Source: Flavobacteriaceae bacterium (GTDB taxonomy: Bacteria; Bacteroidota; Bacteroidia; Flavobacteriales; Flavobacteriaceae). Taken from it: a DNA stretch of 64,000 nt. The notes below the pieces were generated by a model, which was not told the origin of the DNA, did no database searches, and was given only the letters and a program-made list of their open reading frames with translations. A program made the translations under genes and the position numbers. The stretch spans positions 55,410-119,409 of the forward strand of contig JAUXPJ010000018.1 in NCBI GenBank assembly GCA_030683815.1, read 5' to 3'. Shown here in pieces: positions 17,139 to 26,475 of this stretch; position 1 is the first letter of the stretch, and each line of letters begins with the position of its first letter.

Positions 17139-20100
17139 TTGGTTGAATTTTTGCTAAAAGTGGTGGTTTTACAAGATTATCGGTCGCGGTCGCACAACTC
17201 TTTCAGAAATACTATCTTTGTCGAAAATTTTCTTTTGAGCATCGCTAAAATTCAACATCATTTTGAACAAGCTGCGCAATTAAATGCGTTGCAAAATTGG
17301 ATCATAAGCAATCAAAACAATCTGATTATAAACGGTTTAACGGGTTCTGCCTTGTCATTTGTATTGGCTGAGATTTATAAAAAATCCAGTTATTCTATCC
17401 TTTTAATCTTGGAAGAAAAAGAAGAAGCGGCTTATATTTTTAATGATTTAGAAGCACTAATTCCCGATAAGCCCTTGATGTTTTATCCGGCTTCGTACAA
17501 AAGGCCTTATCAAATTGAAGAAACCGATAATGCCAATATTTTGTTGCGATCTGAGGTTTTAAATAAAATTAATTCGACCAGAAAACCACTTTTTACGGTA
17601 ACTTATCCCGATGCTTTATTTGAAAAAGTAGTTACCAAAAGCACCCTTAAAAAAAACACCTTAACTGTTCATGTTGGCGATTCTATTTCGCTTGATTTTG
17701 TCAATGAAATATTGTTTGAATACCAATTTCAACGGGTTGATTTTGTTTCGAGTCCGGGTGAATTTTCTGTTCGTGGCGGAATTGTAGATGTTTTTTCTTT
17801 CTCCAATGATAAACCTTATCGATTAGAATTTTTTGGCGATGAGGTTGAAAGTATCCGAACTTTTGATATTGAAACCCAACTTTCTTTGCAAAAACTGAGT
17901 AAAATTCAGTTGCTGCCAAATATTGAAAATAAAGCGATGTTAGAAAATCGGGAATCATTTTTAAATTATATTCCCAATAATACGATTGTCATTCATAAAA
18001 ATAAAGAACTAATTTTTAATCAGTTAGACAGATTGTTTGAAAAATCGGAATTGGCATTTCAAAATTCATCCGCTTTACTGCAAAATAGCGCTCCAATCAA
18101 TTTATTTACCAACGGAAGTGAATTCAGCCAATTGCTGGTTAATTTTAAAACCATTCAGCTAGGCACTTTTGAAACTGCCGATTTAAGCGAAGATACCATC
18201 GTTTTCAACACCAAACCACAACCATCATTCAACAAACATTTTGAATTGCTGTTTGAAAATCTTCAACAAAATACGGAGGATGGTTTTACCAATTATCTGT
18301 GTTGTGCCAACGATAAACAAGCGCAGCGTTTTCACGATATTTTTGAAGATATTGACCGAAAAATTGCTTACAAAACCTTGATTCTGCCTCTTTATCAGGG
18401 TTTTATTGACGTTGATAATCAACTGGTTTGTTATACCGATCATCAAATTTTTGAGCGATATCATAAATTTCGATTAAAAGAGGGGTTTGCCAAGAATCAA
18501 ACCATCTCTTTAAAAGAATTGACCAACTTAGAAATTGGCGATTATGTTACACATATTGACCACGGAATCGGGAAATTTGGCGGACTTCAAAAAATTGAGA
18601 TTGAAGGCAAGCAACAAGAAAGCATCAAACTGATTTATGGCGATCGCGATTTGCTGTACATCAGCATACATTCGCTTCATAAAATATCAAAATATAACAG
18701 TCGCGACGGATCAGCTCCAAAACTGTACAAATTGGGTTCCGGTGCTTGGCAAAAAGTAAAGCAAAAAACCAAACAACGGGTTAAGGAAATTGCTTTTGAT
18801 TTAATTCAGTTATACGCTAAACGGAAACTGCAAAAAGGTTTTGCTTTTAGACCCGACAGTTATATGCAACACGAGTTGGAATCGAGCTTTATGTATGAAG
18901 ATACGCCCGATCAATACCAGGCAACGCAAACGGTAAAAGCTGATATGGAAAATGAGGCGCCCATGGACCGATTGGTTTGCGGCGATGTTGGTTTTGGAAA
19001 AACGGAAGTCGCTATCAGAGCTGCCTTTAAAGCTGTTGATAACTGCAAACAAGTGGCTGTTTTGGTTCCGACTACCATTTTGGCTTTTCAACATTATCAA
19101 ACTTTTAAAGATCGATTGTCAGAATTTCCATTAAGAGTTGATTATTTAAATCGGTTCCGATCGGCAAAAGATAAAAATGCGATTTATAAAAGTATTGCCA
19201 ATGGTGAAATTGATATCATCATCGGCACCCATCAACTCACCAATAAAGAACTGCATTTCAAAGATTTAGGATTGCTGGTGATTGATGAAGAGCAAAAATT
19301 TGGCGTTGCCGTTAAAGATAAACTGAAAACCATCAAAGAAAATGTAGATACCTTAACGCTTACAGCTACACCAATTCCGAGAACACTTCAGTTTTCATTG
19401 ATGGCTGCCCGTGATTTATCGGTCATTAATACGCCGCCACCCAACAGGCATCCGATAGAAACGAATGTAATCCGACTCAATGAAGAAGTGATTCGAGATG
19501 CCATTATGTACGAAATTTCGCGTGGCGGACAGGTATTTTTTATCCATAACCGAATTGAAAACATCAAAGAAGTAGCCGGAATGTTGCAACGATTGATTCC
19601 AGATGCTAAAATTGGCGTTGGTCACGGACAATTAGATGGTAAAAAATTAGAGCAATTGATGTTCGAATTTGTCAACAATGATTTTGATGTGTTGGTTTCT
19701 ACTACGATTGTTGAAAGTGGTTTGGATGTACCCAATGCCAATACTGTTTTTATCAATAATGCCAATAATTTCGGCTTGTCAGATTTACATCAAATGCGCG
19801 GAAGAGTGGGTCGTTCTAACAAAAAAGCATTTTGTTACCTCATCACACCACCCTATCATATGATGACCGATGAAGCCAGAAAACGAATTACTGCCATCGA
19901 AACTTTTACTGATTTGGGCAGCGGAATTCACATCGCCTTAAAAGATTTGGAAATTAGAGGAGCGGGTGATTTACTGGGTGGTGAACAAAGCGGATTTATC
20001 AACGATATCGGTTTTGAAACCTATCAAAAAATATTGAATGAAGCCATTGAGGAGTTGAAAGAAAATGAGTTTAAAGAACTTTATCAAGATTCAGCCACTA

Positions 20101-20582
20101 AAAAAGAAAAATTTGTCAAAGATTTCCAACTCGATGCCGATTTTGAATTGCTGATACCCGATACTTATGTCAATATCGTTACCGAACGGATGAATCTGTA
20201 CAAAGAATTGGCTGATATAGAAACTGAAGACTTATTGCTGCAATTTGAAAATAGATTGGTGGATAGATTTGGAACTTTGCCTAATCCGGTGATTGATTTA
20301 TTAAACAGTGTTCGGTTAAAATGGATGGCTAAAAAATTGGGGATGGAACATTTAGTGCTTAAAAATAATAAAATGATTGGCTATTTTATTGCCGATCAAA
20401 AATCGGCTTTTTATCAATCGGATGGTTTTACCAAAATGTTGCAATTGGTACAGCAAAATCCGACGATTGGAAAATTAAAAGAAAAAGAAACCAAAAACGG
20501 ACTGCGATTATTGCTTAGCTTTGACGGCGTTTCTAACATCAACAAAGCATTGGAATTACTTGCAAAATTTAAAGCCAATTAA
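17139..20582 (+). CDS. mfd: Transcription-repair coupling factor Mfd
   Basis: UvrB-homology N-terminus, CarD-like domain, SF2 helicase motifs GDVGFGKTEVA and DEEQKFG. The maximal ORF starts at TTG 17139; an in-frame TTG at 17235 (LSIAKIQHHF) gives a more typical N-terminus. Confidence 0.95.
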   Translation: MVEFLLKVVVLQDYRSRSHNSFRNTIFVENFLLSIAKIQHHFEQAAQLNALQNWIISNQNNLIINGLTGSALSFVLAEIYKKSSYSILLILEEKEEAAYIFNDLEALIPDKPLMFYPASYKRPYQIEETDNANILLRSEVLNKINSTRKPLFTVTYPDALFEKVVTKSTLKKNTLTVHVGDSISLDFVNEILFEYQFQRVDFVSSPGEFSVRGGIVDVFSFSNDKPYRLEFFGDEVESIRTFDIETQLSLQKLSKIQLLPNIENKAMLENRESFLNYIPNNTIVIHKNKELIFNQLDRLFEKSELAFQNSSALLQNSAPINLFTNGSEFSQLLVNFKTIQLGTFETADLSEDTIVFNTKPQPSFNKHFELLFENLQQNTEDGFTNYLCCANDKQAQRFHDIFEDIDRKIAYKTLILPLYQGFIDVDNQLVCYTDHQIFERYHKFRLKEGFAKNQTISLKELTNLEIGDYVTHIDHGIGKFGGLQKIEIEGKQQESIKLIYGDRDLLYISIHSLHKISKYNSRDGSAPKLYKLGSGAWQKVKQKTKQRVKEIAFDLIQLYAKRKLQKGFAFRPDSYMQHELESSFMYEDTPDQYQATQTVKADMENEAPMDRLVCGDVGFGKTEVAIRAAFKAVDNCKQVAVLVPTTILAFQHYQTFKDRLSEFPLRVDYLNRFRSAKDKNAIYKSIANGEIDIIIGTHQLTNKELHFKDLGLLVIDEEQKFGVAVKDKLKTIKENVDTLTLTATPIPRTLQFSLMAARDLSVINTPPPNRHPIETNVIRLNEEVIRDAIMYEISRGGQVFFIHNRIENIKEVAGMLQRLIPDAKIGVGHGQLDGKKLEQLMFEFVNNDFDVLVSTTIVESGLDVPNANTVFINNANNFGLSDLHQMRGRVGRSNKKAFCYLITPPYHMMTDEARKRITAIETFTDLGSGIHIALKDLEIRGAGDLLGGEQSGFINDIGFETYQKILNEAIEELKENEFKELYQDSATKKEKFVKDFQLDADFELLIPDTYVNIVTERMNLYKELADIETEDLLLQFENRLVDRFGTLPNPVIDLLNSVRLKWMAKKLGMEHLVLKNNKMIGYFIADQKSAFYQSDGFTKMLQLVQQNPTIGKLKEKETKNGLRLLLSFDGVSNINKALELLAKFKAN

Positions 20583-20585
20583 ATA

Positions 20586-21455
20586 ATGGAAAAAAACAGT
20601 TTCCTACGACATATCATTGAGCTCAACATTGCACTCATATTAATCAGTACTTCGGGAGTTTTAGGTAGATATATCAATTTAGCACCGCCGGTTACTATTT
20701 GGTTTCGCTGTGTGTTGGCTGCTGTATTTCTTGGATTATACTGTTGGAAAATAGGAATTACGCTAAAATTTGATATCAGAAAAAACGGTTTTAGTTTTCT
20801 GTTAGGAAGCATTTTTTTAGGAATTCACTGGATTACTTATTTCTATTCATTAAAACTATCTAATGTAGCAATTGCGATGTTGTCACTTTTTACTTTTCCG
20901 GTAATTACTGCTTTATTAGAACCTTTGTTTTTTAAAATCAAATTAGACCCTTGGCAAATTTTCTTGGGAATTATTGTCTTAATTGGTGTATATTTTTTAA
21001 TGCCCGATTTTGATTTCAGCAATGATTACACTAAAGGCGTTTTGATTGGCGTTGTTTCAGCCTTTTTTTATGCACTTCGAAATATTGTTTTAAAAAAACA
21101 GTTGGTTATTTATCAGCCAACCATGTTGATGTTTTATCAATTGCTTTTTATTTCATCTTTATTGTGGCCGGTCCTTTTTATGTTTGATACCTCTAATGTA
21201 ATGGTTCAATTACCTGCAATTTTGACATTGGCACTTGTTACAACAGCAATAGGTCACACACTTTTTGTAATGAGTTTAAAAAGCTTTACCGCTTCAACCG
21301 TAGGAATATTCAGCAGTATTCAACCAGTTTACGGAATTGTACTTGCCTATTTTATATTGGATGAATTACCATCAGCTAACATTTTAATTGGCGGATTTTT
21401 AATTTTATCAACGGTTGGATTGGAGAGTTTTAAAACTTATAGAAAGGATTATTAA
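20586..21455 (+). CDS. EamA/DMT family transporter
   Basis: 289 aa, about ten TM helices in two EamA-like halves. Confidence 0.85.
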   Translation: MEKNSFLRHIIELNIALILISTSGVLGRYINLAPPVTIWFRCVLAAVFLGLYCWKIGITLKFDIRKNGFSFLLGSIFLGIHWITYFYSLKLSNVAIAMLSLFTFPVITALLEPLFFKIKLDPWQIFLGIIVLIGVYFLMPDFDFSNDYTKGVLIGVVSAFFYALRNIVLKKQLVIYQPTMLMFYQLLFISSLLWPVLFMFDTSNVMVQLPAILTLALVTTAIGHTLFVMSLKSFTASTVGIFSSIQPVYGIVLAYFILDELPSANILIGGFLILSTVGLESFKTYRKDY

Positions 21456-21590
21456 GCCAGTTGGGCGCAATTAGTTTTTGAGAGTAATTTAGCTTCGCTT
21501 GTGCGAGCGTTACGCTTGTGTAAATTATAAAAAATTTTGAAAAGCATAAGCAAGATGGTCGCGCCAGCGTAGCGTATTAATTTTTTTTAA
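21382..21590 (+). repeat. Copy 1 of duplicated junction segment (eamA 3' end plus downstream spacer)
   Basis: About 75 nt of the eamA 3' coding end (21382-21459) recur nearly identically at 24822-24900. The spacer block at 21529-21585 recurs at 24977-25029. Confidence 0.8.
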
Positions 21591-21597
21591 TATTTAA

Positions 21598-22482
21598 TTA
21601 GTTAGAAAGTAAGTTAAGAACTAAACCAAGATTAAAATTATTTTTAGAATTAATGTGAAAAACATTCAAATTTTTTTCTAATAAATTCCAATCTCCATTT
21701 GAGTAAAATATATTTTTATAAAATGTTTGATTAGCTTCTTTGCTCTCAATAAATTTTATGGCAATCATTTCGTGTTTTTTGGTTGTTATAAAACTATTTT
21801 GATTATCAACATACCCTATCATTTCAATTCCAAAAAACAAACCTTCGGTCGGAAAGCATATGTCTTCTTCCAATTTTATAGGTTTGATGTTTTTTATATT
21901 TTCTTCAACGGTTACTTTTATGATTTGAGAATAAATCTTATTTTTATGATTGTCGTAAATATTCAGCTGTAATACCCCATAAATTATTTCTTTTACACTT
22001 GATGAAATGCTTGGTTTACTAATTTTTAAAGGAATTTCCAGGGACTCAATAATTGGATTTATAAATGATTTAGATGATTTTATAAAAACTATAAACTCTG
22101 TTTTTGGTAAAAAAACTACAGATAAGACAGATTTCGATTTATAATATCCAACACGTAAGTTTTTTGAATAGCTATTTTTATTGATTACAATTTCTTTTAA
22201 AACAATAGGTTTTGAGTTTAATTTAATAGTATCAGGTAAATTAAATATTTTTGTTTCAAAAGTTTCATATGATAAGTGAGTTACTTTTATTTTTTTAATT
22301 TGTTCTATATCGGCTAAAAAAAAACCACTTTCATCAGAAAATGTACCATCATTATTTAAGAAATCTACCGCACAAAACGGGATTGGTTTATTAGTTTGTT
22401 GATCAATAATAATAAAAGGTTTATATTGAGAGTAACTAATTTGAGAGGTTAAAAAAAGAAAAATACTAATTATATATTTCAT
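21598..22482 (-). CDS. Secreted hypothetical protein with carboxypeptidase-regulatory-like N-terminal domain
   Basis: Signal peptide MKYIISIFLFLTSQISYSQ, then FCAVDFLNNDGTFSDESGFF as in CarboxypepD_reg-type beta-sandwiches. Start placed at ATG 22482. Confidence 0.4.
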   Translation of the reverse strand: MKYIISIFLFLTSQISYSQYKPFIIIDQQTNKPIPFCAVDFLNNDGTFSDESGFFLADIEQIKKIKVTHLSYETFETKIFNLPDTIKLNSKPIVLKEIVINKNSYSKNLRVGYYKSKSVLSVVFLPKTEFIVFIKSSKSFINPIIESLEIPLKISKPSISSSVKEIIYGVLQLNIYDNHKNKIYSQIIKVTVEENIKNIKPIKLEEDICFPTEGLFFGIEMIGYVDNQNSFITTKKHEMIAIKFIESKEANQTFYKNIFYSNGDWNLLEKNLNVFHINSKNNFNLGLVLNLLSN

Positions 22483-22552
22483 AATATGAATTACATAAAG
22501 CATCACTTTTTAGTAAAAAGTGATGCTTTGTAAAAAATTAATTTGGAATTAA

Positions 22553-22798
22553 TCAGCAGGCAACCACGTCGGGGATGGATTCATAAACTTCAATCCAAAA
22601 CACATAATATCTGGTTACACAAGTTCTATAACAACTACCCGGTTCAATAGAATAGGTTGGGCCACAGGATTCTTCTGAGCCAAAAAATTTACTTTCCGAT
22701 ACAGATATATAATTTTCTTCCTTACTGTTAAATGCAGTAGTAATTACAAAACCAACAAACAAGATAATTAAAATGATTTTTTGTTTTAATTTTTTCAT
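22553..22798 (-). CDS. Small secreted cysteine-containing protein (about 81 aa precursor)
   Basis: MKKLKQKIILIILFVGFVITTAFN signal/anchor followed by a 55-aa region with 4 Cys. Start placed at ATG 22798. Confidence 0.4.
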   Translation of the reverse strand: MKKLKQKIILIILFVGFVITTAFNSKEENYISVSESKFFGSEESCGPTYSIEPGSCYRTCVTRYYVFWIEVYESIPDVVAC

Positions 22799-23051
22799 AA
22801 TTTTTAATTTTTTTGTCAGAAAATTTTCCAATGGTTAAACAATTTTTTAATAAGATGAACATCTGACAGCTAAACAAAAAAAAAAAAAACGACATGCGCA
22901 AGTTTTTGACAATTTATTTTTATATTATTTATTGTTTTGTAATTTTTACTGCTGATAGTTTAAACTAAGATAGAGTTTTTATCATAAATTTATAAAAACA
23001 AATCAAAAAGAGCGAAGCCGAAATGGAGCCGAGGGGTAAATCTCGTTAAAA

Positions 23052-23282
23052 TTAAATAACTTCAAACATTTTTCCGGGCAGCGGTTTTACAATTCCTTTC
23101 ATTTCTAAATTGAATAAAATAGCGGCTGTTTGCTGAATGTTTAATTGATTGTTTAACGAGACTAAATCGAGTTGTTGTTTGCCGTTTAATTGCAAAAAAG
23201 TAACGACTAATTGTTCTGTTTCAGATAGTTCAACAAATAATTGAGGTTGTATCGCTTGTTTTTTTGCTGATGATTTTCCCAT
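23052..23282 (-). pseudogene. Duplicated 3' fragment of dprA (C-terminal about 73 codons)
   Basis: Translation SSAKKQAIQPQLFVELSETEQLVVTFLQLNGKQQLDL...KPLPGKMFEVI is near-identical to the C-terminus of the full dprA at 25118-25336. Confidence 0.85.
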
Positions 23283-23479
23283 CCCATTTTTTGATTCAGT
23301 AAAAGTTAAATCAAAAAAGTATGTACTTTAAAATGTGTGAATTATGTAAAGTTTTCTTATAATTATATAATACATTCCCAACTGAGGTATTTAACTTTGT
23401 ACAGTATCAAAATAAAGAGAAGTCCAAATAAAAAATGTACTTTTTAATTCCTTAATTAATTAACCATAAAATCATAAAA

Positions 23480-24742
23480 ATGAAAAAAATTATTTTTAGC
23501 TTATTTTTATTAGGCGTTATTACAGTAACTGCACAAGAAAAGAACTATAACCAATGGTCTATAGAGGCAGAAGCGGGAGTTCATAAAGTTATCACTGTTT
23601 TCAGTCCTGGTTACTATACCGCAACCCCAAGCTTATGGCAAGGTGGTCTTGGTGTACGTTATATGATCAATGAGAAATTTGGTTTTAAATTGGATGCTGG
23701 CTATAACAATATCACGAATAGCGATGGAAGTCAAGAATTTGAATCAAAATATTACAGAACCAGTTTACAAGGCGTAGTAAATTTGGGCAATGTGCTTGAT
23801 TTTAGAAACTGGACCAATACTTTTAATGTGTTATTACACGGGGGTGCTGGATATTCTGTAAATAAACCTAAATTTCCAAACGATTTTGACAAAGGAGATC
23901 AAATGTTGAATTTTATCGTAGGTATTACTCCTCAAATAAAATTGAGTGACCGCTTGGCACTGACAGGTGATTTGAGTATGATAAATCACGTACGACAATC
24001 TGTTACTTGGGATGGGACACAGTCTTTAAGTGCTGTAGTTTCTAACAACCAATCAAGAGGTTTTAACGGTGTAATCGTTAATGCTAATGTTGGTCTAACC
24101 TTTTACTTAGGTAAAAAAGCTATTCATGCTGACTGGTATTCAGAAGAAAATGTAATTATGAGTAAATTAGATTCTTTGGATCAACGCCTTTCAAAAGTAG
24201 AAACTGATATGGCTGACAATGATAATGATGGAATTGCAAACTATTTAGACCAAGAATCTAATACTGTTGCAGGTGCTGCAGTAGACTCAAAAGGTCGTGC
24301 TGTAGATTTAAACAACGATGGTATTCCAGATGCAATGTTAACACCTTTAGATGCCCGTTATGCTAGTAAACAAACTGTTGCTGAAGAAGATGATACCATC
24401 AAAGAATTGATTGACAAAGGTTATGTAAACGTATATTTCCGTTTCAATAGTACGACTCCTGAAGATTATTCTTTACAATCCGTAAACTACCTGATTATCT
24501 ATATGAATGAAAATCCAAGCTCAAAAGCAGCACTTATTGGTTATGCAGATGAACTAGGAGCCGTATCGTATAATCAAAAGCTTTCAGAAAAAAGAGCAGT
24601 AAAAGTACAAGAATTATTGGTTGCCGCAGGAATTGATGCAAGCCGTTTAACCGTTCGCGGTGGTGGTGAAGATACTTCTGTAGACAAAAATTCTAAAGGC
24701 GCACGTCAACTGGTTCGTCGAGTAACATTTAAATTGAAATAA
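23480..24742 (+). CDS. OmpA family outer-membrane protein with TSP3-type repeats
   Basis: Signal peptide, N-terminal beta-barrel-like region, calcium-binding repeats DNDNDGIANYLD and DLNNDGIPD, C-terminal OmpA peptidoglycan-binding domain. Confidence 0.9.
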   Translation: MKKIIFSLFLLGVITVTAQEKNYNQWSIEAEAGVHKVITVFSPGYYTATPSLWQGGLGVRYMINEKFGFKLDAGYNNITNSDGSQEFESKYYRTSLQGVVNLGNVLDFRNWTNTFNVLLHGGAGYSVNKPKFPNDFDKGDQMLNFIVGITPQIKLSDRLALTGDLSMINHVRQSVTWDGTQSLSAVVSNNQSRGFNGVIVNANVGLTFYLGKKAIHADWYSEENVIMSKLDSLDQRLSKVETDMADNDNDGIANYLDQESNTVAGAAVDSKGRAVDLNNDGIPDAMLTPLDARYASKQTVAEEDDTIKELIDKGYVNVYFRFNSTTPEDYSLQSVNYLIIYMNENPSSKAALIGYADELGAVSYNQKLSEKRAVKVQELLVAAGIDASRLTVRGGGEDTSVDKNSKGARQLVRRVTFKLK

Positions 24743-24768
24743 TAGTTTAACTACTTGGATTAATAAAG

Positions 24769-24799
24769 AATTCCCCGATGTTCAGAACATCGGGGAATT
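24769..24799 (+). terminator. Strong hairpin downstream of the ompA-family gene
   Basis: AATTCCCCGATG-TTCAGAA-CATCGGGGAATT, a 12-bp perfect stem; no clear T-run follows, so terminator function is inferred. Confidence 0.55.
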
Positions 24800-24821
24800 A
24801 CCTTCAACCAGCTTTTTAATT

Positions 24822-25035
24822 GACAGGTTTTTAATTTTATCAACGGTTGGATTGGTGCGTTTTAAAACTTATAGAAAAGATTATTAAGCCGGGTTCGATT
24901 AAAAGCACTGATTTGTTAACTTTCGTCTCTTCGAGTTGTTTTTCAGAGAAAAACAGTATCGAGAAGTCACTTTTCTAAAATTTTTGAAATGCGCGAGCAA
25001 GATACTCTTACCAGCGTAGGTTTAATTTTCACTGA
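24822..25035 (+). repeat. Copy 2 of duplicated junction segment (eamA 3' remnant plus spacer)
   Basis: TTTTAATTGACAGGTTTTTAATTTTATCAACGGTTGGATTGGTGCGTTTTAAAACTTATAGAAAAGATTATTAAGCC matches the end of eamA, including its stop, but has no gene body upstream. Confidence 0.8.
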
Positions 25036-25117
25036 AAACTGCGACTGAAAACTGCTTACTTCCAAATGGATCTAAACTAATTTTATCTTTTATCTAATTT
25101 CTTTTATCTAAATAAAA

Positions 25118-26221
25118 TTAAATAACCTCAAACATTTTTCCGGGCAGCGGTTTTACAATTCCTTTCATTTCTAAATTAAATAAAACAGAAGCAGTTTGTT
25201 GAATGCTTAATTGATTGTTTAACGATATTAAATCGAGTTGTTGCTTTCCGTTTAATTGCAAAAAAGTAACGACTAATTGTTCTGTTTCAGATAGTTCAAC
25301 AAATAATTGAGGTTGGATTAGCTGTTTTTTTGCTGATGATTGTTCCCAACTCAATTCACTAATTAAATCTTTGACCGTATTTAACATAACAGCTTTATTT
25401 TGTTTGATGAGCTGATTGCATCCTTTACTGAATTTATCAGATGTTCTTCCCGGAACAGCAAAAACATCTCGGTTATATGAGTCGGCAATATCTGCCGTAA
25501 CCAATGAGCCCCCTTTTTCTGCAGATTCTATAACAATTGTAGCTTCTGATAAGCCGGCAATAATTCTGTTGCGTTGCAAAAAATGTTCTCTAAGTGGTTG
25601 GTCATGATACCAGAACTCGGTTAAAAAACTACCATTTTCCAACAATTCCTTTTCATATTTTTTATGAGATTTTGGATACAAACCGGCAAATCCTTGCGCT
25701 AAAACAGCCACGGTTTCTAAACCATTTTTGATGGCTGCACGATGCGCACAAATATCTACTCCGTAAGCGAAACCACTAACAATAATTGGATTATATATTT
25801 TTAAATCGGCAATAATTTGTTCACAGCAATCTCTTCCATAAGAGGTTATTTTTCGCGTTCCAACAATGCTAATAACTTTCCGATTTTCAAATGAAGTAAT
25901 TCCTTTTTGAAAAAGTAAAATTGGTCCGTCAATACAATATTTTAATCGGTTTGGATAATCATCATCTAAAAAATACAGCGTTTTAATTCCATTTTTAATG
26001 ATGAATTCAACTTCTTTCTCTGCTTCTTTTAAAGGAGTTTTATCTTTTAAATTAGCAATCGTAATAGAGCCAATTCCATTTAATTTCTGAATATTTCGAT
26101 GTTTTTCTTGATAAACAGCCGAAGCGCTTCCCAGCGTTGTAATCAATTTTTTGGCAATAATATCGCCTATACCTTTTGTTTTTTGCAATGCCAAAGCATA
26201 CAATAATTCTTCTTTTTTCAT
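25118..26221 (-). CDS. dprA: DNA-processing protein DprA (Smf)
   Basis: Rossmann-like DprA core (GFAYGVDICAHRAA, EKGGSLVTA) and C-terminal winged helix. Start placed at ATG 26221 (MKKEELLYALAL). Confidence 0.93.
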   Translation of the reverse strand: MKKEELLYALALQKTKGIGDIIAKKLITTLGSASAVYQEKHRNIQKLNGIGSITIANLKDKTPLKEAEKEVEFIIKNGIKTLYFLDDDYPNRLKYCIDGPILLFQKGITSFENRKVISIVGTRKITSYGRDCCEQIIADLKIYNPIIVSGFAYGVDICAHRAAIKNGLETVAVLAQGFAGLYPKSHKKYEKELLENGSFLTEFWYHDQPLREHFLQRNRIIAGLSEATIVIESAEKGGSLVTADIADSYNRDVFAVPGRTSDKFSKGCNQLIKQNKAVMLNTVKDLISELSWEQSSAKKQLIQPQLFVELSETEQLVVTFLQLNGKQQLDLISLNNQLSIQQTASVLFNLEMKGIVKPLPGKMFEVI

Positions 26222-26475
26222 CAACAATAATTTGGTTATCAATATACAAAACATTCTAAATTTTTATTTCAATTATGGTGTTTTTTTATACAAAAGGATT
26301 GTTATATTTGTTGTCATGAAATGAGCATAAGGGTAAGGTGATACAAACACCGATGAAGATATATGCGAATTCCGTAACCTGTCCCGGTTTATCGGGGCGA
26401 TTTTTAAAATTTATAGTGAGCGCCTGTGCTGAGCGAAGTCGAAGCGAAGCCGAACAAAACAATAGATATCTGCAT

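Noticed and set aside
17139-17234. TTG start at 17139 for mfd, and the 57644-57799 extension of the CYTH gene
   Set aside because: These are maximal-ORF artefacts. The mfd extension would begin 18 nt from the divergent vsr start and adds residues unlike Mfd N-termini. The CYTH extension overlaps the porZ-like gene, whereas CYTH proteins start at the EIERKFLV motif.
20579-20812. 77-aa minus-strand ORF spanning the mfd/eamA junction
   Set aside because: It overlaps the 5' part of the eamA-family gene in antisense, has no motif, and its composition mirrors the TM-helix codons of the opposite strand.
24897-24915. GCCGGGTTCGATT looks like a tRNA T-arm and loop (possible tRNA-derived attachment site). 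CGACGATTCGACG at about 50790 looks tmRNA-like.
   Set aside because: There is no complementary T-stem 3' arm, acceptor stem or anticodon arm nearby, and no integrase in the window. These are coincidental short matches.
26338-26475. GTG-initiated 46-codon N-terminal extension of the SPOR-domain protein
   Set aside because: The extension (..SACAERSRSEAEQ..) is simply the translation of the GC-rich REP-like words in the spacer. The conserved HU-like domain begins right after ATG 26476.
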